A stretch of DNA of 64,000 bases, taken from NCBI RefSeq assembly GCF_000150275.1, contig NW_002060943.1, positions 11,780,878 to 11,844,877 on the forward strand, read 5' to 3'. This document shows, one piece after another, positions 27,581 to 40,000 of the stretch (the first letter of the stretch is position 1; each line of letters opens with the position of its first letter). The position numbers and the translations under genes are program-made. The stretch comes from Trichoplax adhaerens. Taxonomy: Eukaryota; Animalia; Placozoa. The notes under the pieces were generated by a model. The model was not told the DNA's origin, made no database searches, and saw only the letters and a list, made by a program, of their open reading frames with translations.

Positions 27581-29189
27581 GCCTTTTATAATTGAGTAAT
27601 CTTAAGTTTAGTAATATTTGCGTTGCATTTAATTATAGCTTTCATTTACGCTACTATCTTTTCGCTAAATATAATTGAATGAGTATAATTTTAATTTTAT
27701 TACTTTTTACTGACTATTGAAGATTGCTACTGCACTATGATGGTACTTACTTATCTCTGCTTCATAAATAATCCAATTTACTGACCTGTTAATTGTTTGA
27801 CGTTAAATCAAAATTATTAATTTTAAATTTTTATAGATATAAATCTAGCTAATAATAGTAATAATTGGTATCATCAAACGTCCAGAAGTTTATTACTAAT
27901 TTCTTGATTGGCTCATTAAGCCTGTATTGAGAAGAATAAAATATTCGATATTGTTAGGGACGATGATATTCAAATTTAAAATGGATCTGTTTACTTAAAT
28001 ACTATTTTAAGTATAATGCATTTGCCAGACCTGATTACTATTGAACTAAGGAAATTGAAATTTTATTCCATTTCGTCGACATGACGAATATTAATCCTCA
28101 TAAATCAAATTTAACTAGATTAGAATGATTCCAGATACTTACGCGTTATTCATTAATGTGCCATGTGCATTATTGCAATAAAACAAGAAACGGCGTTCAT
28201 TGGCCTAATTTTCGCAATTTTTCCTTGCTACCTTTTTATGCATCTGTAACAAAACCTGTTCTGCTAATGGTAGTTAGAGTGTAGATCACACAAGTAATTT
28301 TATATAGCAGATTTTATTACTGATTCTCTATCGATTGAGATACTACATAATATACAACAAGCTCTGACAGACAAGGAAAACTTCCTAAGACGGCAGATCT
28401 TAGAAAAGAAGGACTAAGAACAACATTAACAGAAAAGCGTAGCTGCTTAAATACGTTATCTAACTTGTTTACCACATAACAATTGCGAAAAACATCACTT
28501 AACACTTACAAAACTTAGTATGAGAATAAAATTGTATAATTAGTATCATTCTTTGAAGTTGAAATCAACATACTTGAATTATCACAAACATTACTTATAT
28601 ACTCGTATACCTATTATTGACAACAGCCGTAGATTTTGGTATTATTTTTAAGCTATATCTAATTCACTTCTACATAACATGTTGGCAACAGTAGCTTATC
28701 TAGTAGCTTCACTACAGTATCACGGACTTCTAGAGCCTCTAGGTGCTCCAGCATTTCGTGAACATGCCATGTAAGTGAAAATGGAAATATATTGAATATA
28801 AGTAATTTACTAGTAGGATATTAAAATCGATGAGGTTGCATCGGGTAATATAGAATACTGGTTTATCTTAACACTGTAATAAAATTTGATAAAAAATGAA
28901 CTTAAACACCGGTACGATCAACTATTTTCTGATTTGGATATCGATATTTGATCATATTCAGGAAGCAAACGTATTTTAGCGATACAGATTTGGATATAAT
29001 CATCTAAGCTGGCTAAATAACATATTAATTACAATAGAAGCAGAGTAAAGCAGAATATATAATTTTTCTAATACGGCTTCAGATCCTTGTTAAACTGGAT
29101 AATTTTGCTTAGATATGATTGGATGAAGTACATTTAAGATGAGGATTTCATTCGTGCTAGTTTACGTTTCTACTAGTATAGTATTGACT

Positions 29190-29497
29190 CTATTACGGCC
29201 AAAACCAGTAATGCGGCCGTTACCGGTATAGGATTCCCAGTTTCATACTAATTCCTGTTAAATAACTTACATGAAATGTTTGTAAATATGTAATAGTGAA
29301 AGGCTACTATAACGATGTATTTAGCATGCAAGTACATATATCCTATTGTCCGTAACAAGTTTTTCAGCTTTTACTACAGACCTTATTTTGCAGTCTTTTG
29401 CCCCCATTTTAAGGCTTGCCTACATAAAAGATAAATCGCGAAAACTTACAGAATTTACTATGAAATTGGCCGTAACAACTCTACTGGTATAGTAATA
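29190..29497. mobile_element. Degraded inverted-repeat (MITE-like) element
   Basis: Left TTACGGCCAA...CCAGTTTCATACTAATTCCTGTTA versus reverse complement of the right arm TTACGGCCAATTTCATAGTAAATTCTGTAA; imperfect match. Confidence 0.35.
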
Positions 29498-32400
29498 AGC
29501 AGTCGATTGATATTGGATAAGCAGTATATGATTGATTGCCAATCATTTCCATTATTGCTAGATTAGATTAAAGATTGTATGAACATTTGTTTAAATATAC
29601 TAACTACTTCTTGCTAGTTACCAGTATACCATTGGCTATTTAATATTGATTCTACAATGTAATAGAACAAGACCGAGACATAGTAAATGTGTACTTAACA
29701 TTCATATTTCGATGCAACTAATCATTGACGTCGTTAATACCAGATTGTGCTAGGTAAAACTAGATAGCGTAGTTTTTATTTAATTAATGTTATACACTTG
29801 TACTCAATATTTAGAGCATGGTTAACTGTTTGCTCTTCCGGAATTTTCACTATTTCCATATTAATTTTAATTTTATTTAGAGCTCAATATGACTATTTCG
29901 TTATTTTGTACGTTGGTTAGTTTTATTATATTGTGAACCGTAATGTAAGAGGTATTTATTAATAATTTTACCAGACCTTTAACTCTTATCCTTGCTCTTT
30001 TTTGATAAATTATTACCATATAAGGAAATAATCTATAATGATCACATTATCATTTTACAATTTCAATGGAATTGATTGTATTTATAGACTAGTTGACAAA
30101 GCAAATTAGGGATACTAATTGAATGCTGTCTGTGAGGTTGATAGAGAGAACTAGACAATAGCGGCTTATTTTATTCCATTTTACAAATTGTAATATTGAA
30201 TGAATATAATTTAGCGATTGTCAGTCAATCAACAGGTTTATTATTGCTACAACACAATTTGCGTATAAGAAATAAAAGTAAAACGGAACGGAAATATGTA
30301 ATAAACAAGCTAAGCGAAATGATATTTAAACCATCTCCCTGATACGAATAAATACCCCTATACTGTGCAGCAACAATGATAAGACAATAGTTAGACGATG
30401 GGTTATATTCAATCATTTATCAACCAAAATTATTTCCTGACCCTGCCCAGAGATGATTAGCAATACAATATATTTTAATTATTGAAATTTAATGTATAGA
30501 ATGATTTTCTACTTACTTACTCCAAATTTAATATCGTTCAAATTCTTAGTATCTAAATTTAGAAATGTATGATGAAATAACATTAGAAGCAGCGTTAGTG
30601 TAACGTTAATTTATTTATTATATTTCAGCTCGAATTCAGTGTATATAATAATGGATTCACATGGATACATTACTCATTCCGTTAGTGAGCTAATGCTTCG
30701 TTGATGATCTGTAATAGTAGGACCCTCGGTTTAGTAGATATGGACTGATAATTAACATTTTGGCTTAGATAAATTTTTGTTAGCCAAGTTAAAGTTAGAT
30801 TTTCAATGATTGTACAAAGTGCAGGTATCTAATTTTTTACAGTTCACATAACTTATATGCTATGATTCCTTAGTAGTTTACATTTCGCAAAAATTACTGC
30901 GATAATTCATAATTATGAGCTTTAATAATAAATTTATAATATCGGTTGTGACAGTTATTGATCTGCAAGGAAGTAGACGTATAGTGTGTATTGATATCTC
31001 GAAACTATTAAAATTTCGAGCTAGCTTGTTGCATATTGTATAATCGTCTACTTCATTTATTGCTTTAAGAATATTTCCGTCTTCAGAAATCCATCAGAAA
31101 ATTAGTCCTAAGACTCTTAGCGTGCCTACCTATAATATGCGCGCAATTAAAGTGATTAGTTGCTATAGCTCAAAATAACAAAAATATAGCCATCCACATC
31201 ATATAAGTAAGTGATGATGGTTAACAATAGTCATTTAAGCCAGTAATTACGATGCCGATTTTTAATTTAATGTCATAGTAGAATAATTTACAGTTAAATT
31301 ATCATTTGTTGTTTGCTAGTAATTCTCTTCTATTGTTTGCTAGGTGAATAGCTTATTATTTAGTTTAAGAATTAAAAATAATGATGATATTAGTCATCAA
31401 CTTAGAATCGATGGCCTAGTATAGCGTATTTGTACACTGTACTATCGTAGTCGATTTATAAATTATAGCGGCATGAGAGACACTTCTAAAGCATAATAAT
31501 TATATAATTAATCATAAAAGATTAATAGCAGTTGTTATTGTCGCGATCTAATCTAGGGAATGTGAAGGAGTACGCTGTGGGGTCAGTGTAAATCAAAACC
31601 ATTAATTCCTTTTTGTTTCCCCTTTCATTGCTAGATATTGTTATTAGACACCAGGAAAATGTGTCGTACTGACTTACCTTTTTATCTTTAATTAAATATC
31701 ATAGCCGATAAGATTATACAAGAAAAGAATTAAAGATATAGCTCGAATTGTTTTTCTAAGGTAACTACAGGGTGTGTCTACTTAAATCTTACGGAAACAA
31801 CTAGTGCATAAGTCATGCAGTTAATGCCTTTCTGCTTGATAAACATTTGATCAAAGTAGAAATTGCTGTAATCATGACATCATTGTAACGGAGTCATTTT
31901 GGCGGAATAACCAAACATATTTTCGGTTTATTTTTCACCTTTTGACAAAAATGATGATAACGTTAAATTTTATGATCAAACATGACACAGCTTTATTGAC
32001 ATTTATTTCCATCCATATCATTAGTTATTAAGTTATAGAGTGCCAAAGTTGGTATATTTGCACATTCTTTTATTTCTCTACTTGCATAAGTATGTACGCT
32101 ATTAATTTAGGGATGGTTCTACTTACGCTCCAACCTCTATCCTATCTATCACGAATAAGATAAATAGTTTACTTTATTTTACTATGGATAGTATAAACTA
32201 GAATAATATGCTCGTATATTAGAGATACGGTATCATGCTAAGTCCTAAATATCTATCAGTCTTAATAATTATTGGCGTATGCCAGTTAATGCACCATACT
32301 AAATTAATAAGATTTCAATCTATCATATTTATTTCAGATTCTAATAACAAAACAAATATAATTTGACTACTTTGTAGCCTATAAAAAACCAATGATTGAT

Positions 32401-32643
32401 GATCTAGTTAGTAGTTAGTATACGAATATATGTACAAATTTACCGGTTTCCACGAAATAAAATGTATTATTTGAGTTACAATTTACAAGGCCGTAAATCA
32501 TTACGGCATTACAGATAGAAAGTTTTTTCAGCATGAAAATTATTTAATTTTCTACAAGTTCGAGAAAGGCGGCTACATTGTTATCAGTCGTATTTACAGC
32601 TATATATATATACGTGTGCTAGAATCTTTTGTGACTTATTTTT

Positions 32644-33763
32644 TCACAAGATATGATCGTTGATTCTTTTTATTAAAACCAAGGCTAGTAGTGTTTCGGG
32701 TGGGTTATATTGAATACTGGGATTTATTAATGTAATATTTCCGTCGTGATTGAAACAGAGTGCTTGCAATTCACTTTGTTTATCGACAATCTCCAGCATA
32801 GCTGTTGTAGTCGTTTCGTTTGGATGATACAGTGGGATGATAAATTGCCATTTGAGATCTTGAGCATTGGTGATTTCACTGGTAAGATTGTGAAGGTAAT
32901 TGAACATATTCAGACGGTCTAGATCGTTATCCAACTTTGTATCCTTGAATGAACAATAATGTGTTTAGAATACATTTATGGTCTTGTATCAAAACTTTCA
33001 CTAATCACGAAGCGGTACTGTATCACTCCAAATTTTCGAACTTACCAAGAATATCGCTTTAAAATTAGCTTGATCTTTTATTTTAGTAATGCCTAGAAGT
33101 GCTTTTGGTATATAAGCTCCTTTTTGCTTGGACATTAGGAGTATGATTGATTTATTCTTATTTATCTTTCGAATTTCAAAATGACCTGAAAGAAAATGAT
33201 TACGATATAATTCATATGGTAGTCTTTATCTATAGTTTTCAATGTTTTTATTATCATCTACTGATAAAGGAGTTATTAAGTATTATTAACGAGCTGATTA
33301 AAAACGGAATTGTTTTTAATATATTATTAAGATGACAGTCATTTTAAGGGATATTCTATTTCGAGTTATTGGAAATGATTACTAGCTATCTATCAAACAA
33401 AATAGTTAATCATAAATCCTTACTAAAATCCTCTATATTCACATCTACTTCGTCGAGACCAGATGGAAAGGCTGCTAGATGGGCGGTAAGATTTCCAACT
33501 TGAATGGTTTGATTACTGCATGCAATGTAGTAATCTCTAGCCCTTAGAGCTAGCACATCTTGGATAAGATCTAAAATGTAATTAATATGATAACTTAAGA
33601 TCAATATGAATTCTTCCGTTGTAAATTATAATTGATACTTTGATTAATGAACATTCTTGTGTATAGTCAGGGTGCCTTCCTTAAGCAAATATAGAGTTTC
33701 TCTTACACTTTGGTCGTTTGCATACCGTTACACTTATTACTTACCATTTTTTGCAGGAGCCAT
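32644..33763 (-). CDS. Leaderless FGF/IL-1-like beta-trefoil protein B, ~201 aa, exons 33745-33763, 33424-33570, 33046-33185, 32644-32943
   Basis: Strong start context gcgATGG. Four exons join in one 606-nt frame via GT-AG introns (phases 1,1,0): MAPAKND|LIQDVLALRARDYYIACSNQTIQV...DEVDVNIEDFS|HFEIRKINKNKSIILL...AIFL|DTKL...ALCFNHDGNITL...PETLLALV. Alternating beta-strand pattern; LCFNHDG resembles the FGF YLCMNxxG hairpin. Confidence 0.6.
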
Positions 33764-33934
33764 CGCGCTTGTAATAGGTTTAGTAGAGTAAACTTGATGT
33801 AGCTTGAGAGTAACGTCTTGAATAACGGGAAGTTAGGCAGGAAGATATCTACTGTCCTGTATACAACACGATTCTAAATTATCTGGAGCTCAATAATTAG
33901 AACTAATGTCAATTAAAATGATGGCACAGGCCGA

Positions 33935-33993
33935 CTTATATACACTTGGGCCTCTATTCATGCATGTAATTATCAATTGTTCTTTTCTCGGAA
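33935..33993 (-). promoter_or_regulatory. Proximal promoter of beta-trefoil gene B: TATA and GAS (STAT) site
   Basis: Minus-strand TATATAAG 33942-33935; TTCTCGGAA 33985-33993; no upstream ATG seen in the leader from ~33900 to the start at 33763. Confidence 0.5.
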
Positions 33994-36050
33994 AATTAAT
34001 AACGGGATTTAACCTTAAAATAGCAGCAGCCATACGTAATGTAATGGATGTAGCATCATTACAGTACACAACGGACCGTATTACCCTTTAATATTGTACT
34101 ATTGTTATTTCATCATGGGATCAAAACCACGTGAGGAAACCGATGTATTGCTATCATTGAATAAATAAATCATTTATATACTGTATATAAGAATATATAA
34201 TTAATCGATAAATTTAATCTCTCATTTTACTAATCATTAAGATCTTCTGCGGCAACTTAGTGATTTTATTGTATGATAGGCTAGCCACATACTGCTATCT
34301 AACGAGCCATTACAGCATGATTCTAAATGAGTTTAAAGAAATTGTCATTAATTTTGATCTAGTGAGACATTCTCGTGACTAAAGTGTTGTATGATTACCG
34401 GTACTTAACGTACTTTAACATGGTTGCATTATTTAATTTAAATAAAATTCAAGATAACGAAACTATCATATAGGTGAAAATGAAGTTATTAAAATACTAC
34501 AGTATTTGCAACTTGGTTCGTTCATTTGATTATAGTCGTTAATTAATTATAGTTATTGAATCAAATACGAAAAAATCACCAACAGCAACAATTATTGGAC
34601 TACAGTCATTACTTCAGACATACCGAGCATTCATGTAGGACGGTCAACACAGCATAAGCCCTAGAATTGCTGCTCTGACAGTTAACATGAAGCATAGAGT
34701 AACTAATAGCTATAGATAACTTGAAGATTATTGAACGATAATAATTTATAATATGAACATGTAGTACAGGGCTCAAAATAGCGTAATCGATTGCAGAAAG
34801 TCGCTAAGTGATATATCAAAATGTAAGATTGACACTGTATGTGCGAGATTGTAGATTAACTGAAATCAGGAGATTGTGTTAAGTGCGTATCCGTGTTAAT
34901 AGTTACAGTAAATATTATAGCTTTAATTAAGAATATCTTATTTAGATTGGACATCAGAGATTATGCAAGTAATTTAATACTAGATTAATCAGAAGTTATA
35001 GATGTAAGCAGGGCTTCATCATGATATATATGAGCGGGAAATTTCTTCTCCCAGAGTTAGTTAGTCTTGTTCTTGGTTGAAGAAGTAGTTTATACAATAA
35101 AGTGAACTTAATAAGTTATGGGATTTCAATCATTTCTGATTTTGAGACACTTGTCACATACCAGCAAAATTGAAATCCCTGATCTTGTCCGCCATAGCAT
35201 TACATGCAGCGGCAAGGTAATTACGTAATATCAAACGAGATGTACTGTACTGTAGAAAGAACACTGGATGTGATATAATGGATTCCTTGTCTGTATTTTA
35301 AATTTAATTTAAATTGAAAGTATAAATAGATTAATTCAAGACAACTAGTTGTTTTGCATTATGTTACTTGAATTGCACTTTGATTCTGCGCCCGAGGTCA
35401 TAAATTTTATTTTATTCAAAGCTTTTACAGGGGTTACATAATCCCTCCCATTTTTGTCGTTTCTTTCCCCTCCAAGGCGCGGAGCTTTAATTTACCTTAT
35501 ACACCATACTGCTTGTGCTGATATTTCTACTGACATTTCAGAAAGTAAGTGCAGTATGACTCAGCACACAGAATAGCTCTGCTATTTAGGAAATCCAGAA
35601 TGATACCACTGCTTTGTAGTAATATTTTGAAAGTTGCTAAGATTAGTGCAGTATCTATGATACAGAATGCCTACCTACATATATAAGGATCATCGGGAGG
35701 AAACTGTATGGTTAGGACAGGGACTCTTCAGACAGACGGATATTTTCAAAAATCTCGAAAAATTGACTTACTTACAGTAGAAAACAGTAGTTCTTGTGCA
35801 TCTACTTTTCTTAATCATTGAGCATAATTGTAATTTAAGAACATTCATGACTTTATTTAACTGTTTTGAAGCAGATGTTGATAAAATAGAATAGATTCGA
35901 TTTCAATTGAATATTACTTAATTTAGAAAAAACAAGCGAATTACAGAATCGAGCAACCGCTCATGGACATTATCACAAATAGAAGTGTTTGGAACAGCAT
36001 TATATGGTCCTGTACTGTACACTGTACACTGTACAGTGTACTGTACGGTA

Positions 36051-36312
36051 GGCCCAGCAATAATAACCCCTAATACTCAGATACTCAGCGTAAATAGCTT
36101 AAACGATGATACATTATTCTAAGAGTAGGAAGATTTACGTAAGTCAGAAAAAGTTTTTAGACGGTAGTACCTAACTTTCATTGCGTTGGTGCAACGTCTT
36201 ACTCTTTGAATACTCGCATGAAATTTGAGGTACAGACTCTTAGAATAATACATCATCGTTTAAGCTATTTACGCGGAGTATCTGAGTAATCGGGATTATT
36301 ATGGCTGGGGCC
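36051..36312. mobile_element. MITE (~262 bp) with ~75-bp terminal inverted repeats, flanked by TA
   Basis: Left GGCCCAGC...TACTCAGATACTCAGCGTAAATAGCTTAAACGATGAT..ATTATTCTAAGAGT mirrors right ACTCTTAGAATAAT..ATCATCGTTTAAGCTATTTACGCGGAGTATCTGAGTA...GCTGGGGCC. TA at 36049-50 and 36313-14; no ORF. Confidence 0.8.
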
Positions 36313-37002
36313 TACTATACACTATACAGTATAGTATACCGTGCTACATGAGGTCGTAATGTCCGACTGTCCGAACAGTGTCCATCATATCTGTACTGTA
36401 CTCTACAGCAACATTACTTTCGTATCAGATATTTTAGCAGATATTGCTATAGACTACTGTATTCGCACGTTAATTTTAGTTTCATTTTTTCCCAGTTAAA
36501 GTATCTAAAATGAAATTAAAGGCGCTGTACAATTCCATATTGTACTCCATGCACTGTCAGGGTCCTCTGGATAATAAAGTAACTAAAAGAGATATTGTGC
36601 AGTATACTCTAGATGTACAGCAGATTGCTGTCTTGTATACTAATGTATATTGTATAGTCATAGAGTTACTTCTGTCTTACGGTACAGTACAGTACTGTAA
36701 CAAATTCCAAATTTCTGCAACGTACTGTACGGTACAGTGCTATACAATGTCTCTATCAATTATAAATTTCTATACTGTATACAGTATTGCACAGTCCGCA
36801 GTGGAATTGTAGGACAATGTAAAGACTGTACCTACAGTACTATAGCTATTATACTGTAGTTTTGGGCTCAATAATAAAACTTGATTTGGCAGCCCTCTTA
36901 ATTAATTTACCTGCACACACTAATATTATTATTCTGCCTTTATTTTACTTCTGTACACTTTCATAGGAGGTCTAGATTATACATACATTGGCTAAGATAT
37001 CA

Positions 37003-40000
37003 ATGTCAGCCACTGATTATAAACGAGTTCGAATCCAAGAGTTTTATGGCTCATCGGAATCGCGAACTTATAGTCTAACTAGTAGTAAAAATGGCACCAA
37101 GATAAATGTGATTAAGAGTACAACACCCCCTACCAGTGTTCAATTTTTTAAGGTATTTTTTGTAATCTTACATGTTTAATGTTGCTACAGGAGCAGTGGA
37201 TGAGTTCACCAAATGATTCTTTATATTACCTTCGAATCAAGAGAGACTTGCTTTTACTATTGATGAGATATGCTATATTTGGGTTTGTCTTCCTTCGTTT
37301 TTGTCATTTTTGAAATACCGTAAGCGCATATAAATCATACATAAAGGTATACAGTACGTACTGTACGAGTATATGTTTTAACATAAAATCAAATCGATAC
37401 AGTAGATGATACATTTAAAACACTGCAAGTACTAGCTTAAAATTTTGCAGAAACTACTATCCAGTGATATACAATACGTACTGAACTATTTAATTGAATA
37501 GGAAATCCTTGACCTATTCTCGTTAATTTGTTTACTGTTGTTCATTTCTTAGTCAGTTTTTCTGCCTCAAGGCTATCCTGAAAGTGTTAGCGGTGATTAC
37601 TTGACATATCAGCTATGGGATACTCTTCAGGTATGTGATCCTCTACTTGCCTACAAATATATTGCTTTTTTATATTTTTGAAGTCGTATAAGGAAATACA
37701 GTACTTTCAAGTTTCAAGCTTGTGATATACACTGCCTTGTATTCTTTAGCAAATTATAATGTCTTCTAAACTATTTTATCCTTCCGCGAATATGCGTATG
37801 CAATTTTGCTATTGGTGTTTGAAATCGATTCCTTAGCAGTAGTAATATACAGTATGAAAGATAACGTATATCTTTATGTGAATAGTGTGCACCTGCAATA
37901 TAGTAAATGATTTAATTAGAAGCTAAATAATTAAATTGCTTCGTAATGCACATATGGTTATTAGGCGTGGAATACGATTTGCAATAATAGCTATTTGTTT
38001 CATAATTTCCTAGTTAATTAGATAGTTTACGTCGGCTGACATACGAATAGGTTATGATGCTAATTTAATTCTGTACTACTATTACCCTTTACGTAGTTGG
38101 AACTTTACATAGCAAGGATTTGACATAACAATAGATAGTAGATACATTTTTAATTTACTTTATACATTAGGCATTTTGCTCATCTATTACCGGTACGCTA
38201 GCAACTCAGGCTATATTAAAAGGTGTTGGAGTTGGTGATGAGAAAGCTACTGTTGCCGCAGCTGCAATGACATGGATGTTAAAAGGTCTGATTATTATTT
38301 GCATGTGATACATGTATTCTATTCCTATTTATAAGAAGTCATAATTGTATGATGAAGTATACGTATTAATGTAAGAATTTGATACGTTATTACTATACTT
38401 AAAGTGCAAACAACTAATTTAATTGGGTCTATATATTCTATTTGTCAAGATGGAACGGGAATGATAGGTCGAATATTATTTGCGTGGCTTCGAGGGTAAG
38501 CGATAGTATGATCTTTCATCCTGATGAAATATAGAGTGACAGTTACTGCACAGTATGGGCCTAATATCGAATCTAATTTGCGTTTAAATGTTATTTCCAA
38601 TTTATTATTTCAGAACCAGTCTGGATTGCGATGCTAAGAAGTGGAGGCTAGTTTACAAAAAATACTGACTTTGATATAGCATGAATTTATTAAGATACAA
38701 TTTGTATATGTTCCACAATATTCTCAGTTATACCTAAAGGATGCTTATATTTATATCATATAGATTATTTGCTGATTTCTTAAATGATGGAGCTTTATTC
38801 ATTGAAATGATAGCTCCGAATTTTCCCCATCTGTTTACACTATTATTATGTGTGGCTAGCGTTGCTAAGGTAGTTGTTATAAAAAAGCTCTAAGTGTAGT
38901 TAATCTAATATTACAGTAGTAATTGTTCATCTTTAAATGTTAGTCAATTGTTGGTGTGGCTGGAGGAGCTACAAGAGCCGCTTTGACAATGCATCAAGCA
39001 CGAAGAAATAATATGGCTGATGTATCTGCTAAAGATGGTAGCCAGGTAGTACAGATTCTACGGTAAAAGTAAATGGATGTATAGAGTTTATTACTTTTAC
39101 TGTCGTTAAATATTTGAAACCTAGGATAGATATTAGAAATAAGTTTTGCCCTTATTTCTTGATATTAGATAGTTTATTAGCGTTATAATATATTGTCTTT
39201 GCATGCAATTGGAAAAATTATGAATTATGTTATCGTACTGAGTAATAATTTATAAAGTTTGTAATCTTATCATAGGAAACTTTGGTAAATCTCTCTGCTC
39301 TAATAGTGGGCCTATTCTTATTGCCTGCAGTGACTGGAAATGCTAGGTGGAGATCAATTTGCCTGTATTTTATGGCGCATATTAGATAATTCTAATGCAT
39401 TGTTACTCACTCTAAATATAATAAAATTTCTTACTTTTGAATAGTGTAACCTTTACGTCTGTACTACAGCTCAACACAATTGTCATATTTTACGACTGTT
39501 TAGGATTATCTGGACGCTGTTTTTTATGTTTACTATGCTACACCTTTACGCTAACTACAAGGCCGTTAGTTCTGTAGTTATGGAAACGTTAAACAGAGAA
39601 CGTTTGCATATTCTTGCTTATAATTTTTTTCGATATGGCTCAATCTTGTCCCCAGCTGAAGTTTGTCAGAGAGAGTCGGTTATAATTATGAAAGATCAAT
39701 ATAAATTGCGTATGATTTTAGGAGCTGAATTTAAAGAATCAATTTCAAGGTAGTCTAATAACGCTTTTCCTAGATTTCATTAGGCGAAATTGTATTTAAA
39801 ATTTATGCTTGCTAATGTAATGAAAAATATTTTAGTGAAGACTGCTTCACAGCTTTCGGCAATCAAGAGAAAAGGAAATATGCACTCACGGTGCATATTG
39901 GCAGTAGATCAAGAAAAGGTTAGTAGATAAATCATCTTGAGTATCTTAATAATAAGTAATGAATGATATATTTGTATGATCAGTGCAAGTTTGTAATTAG

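Noticed and set aside
32644-34695. Gene B as a pseudogene
   Set aside because: The stops lie only upstream of the ATG at 33763, which has a strong context and its own TATA; the downstream spliced ORF is intact.
36510-36812. 100-aa ORF rich in Y/T/V/Q/C (similar ORFs at 45858 and 43263)
   Set aside because: Translation of CAGTA/TACTG repeats.
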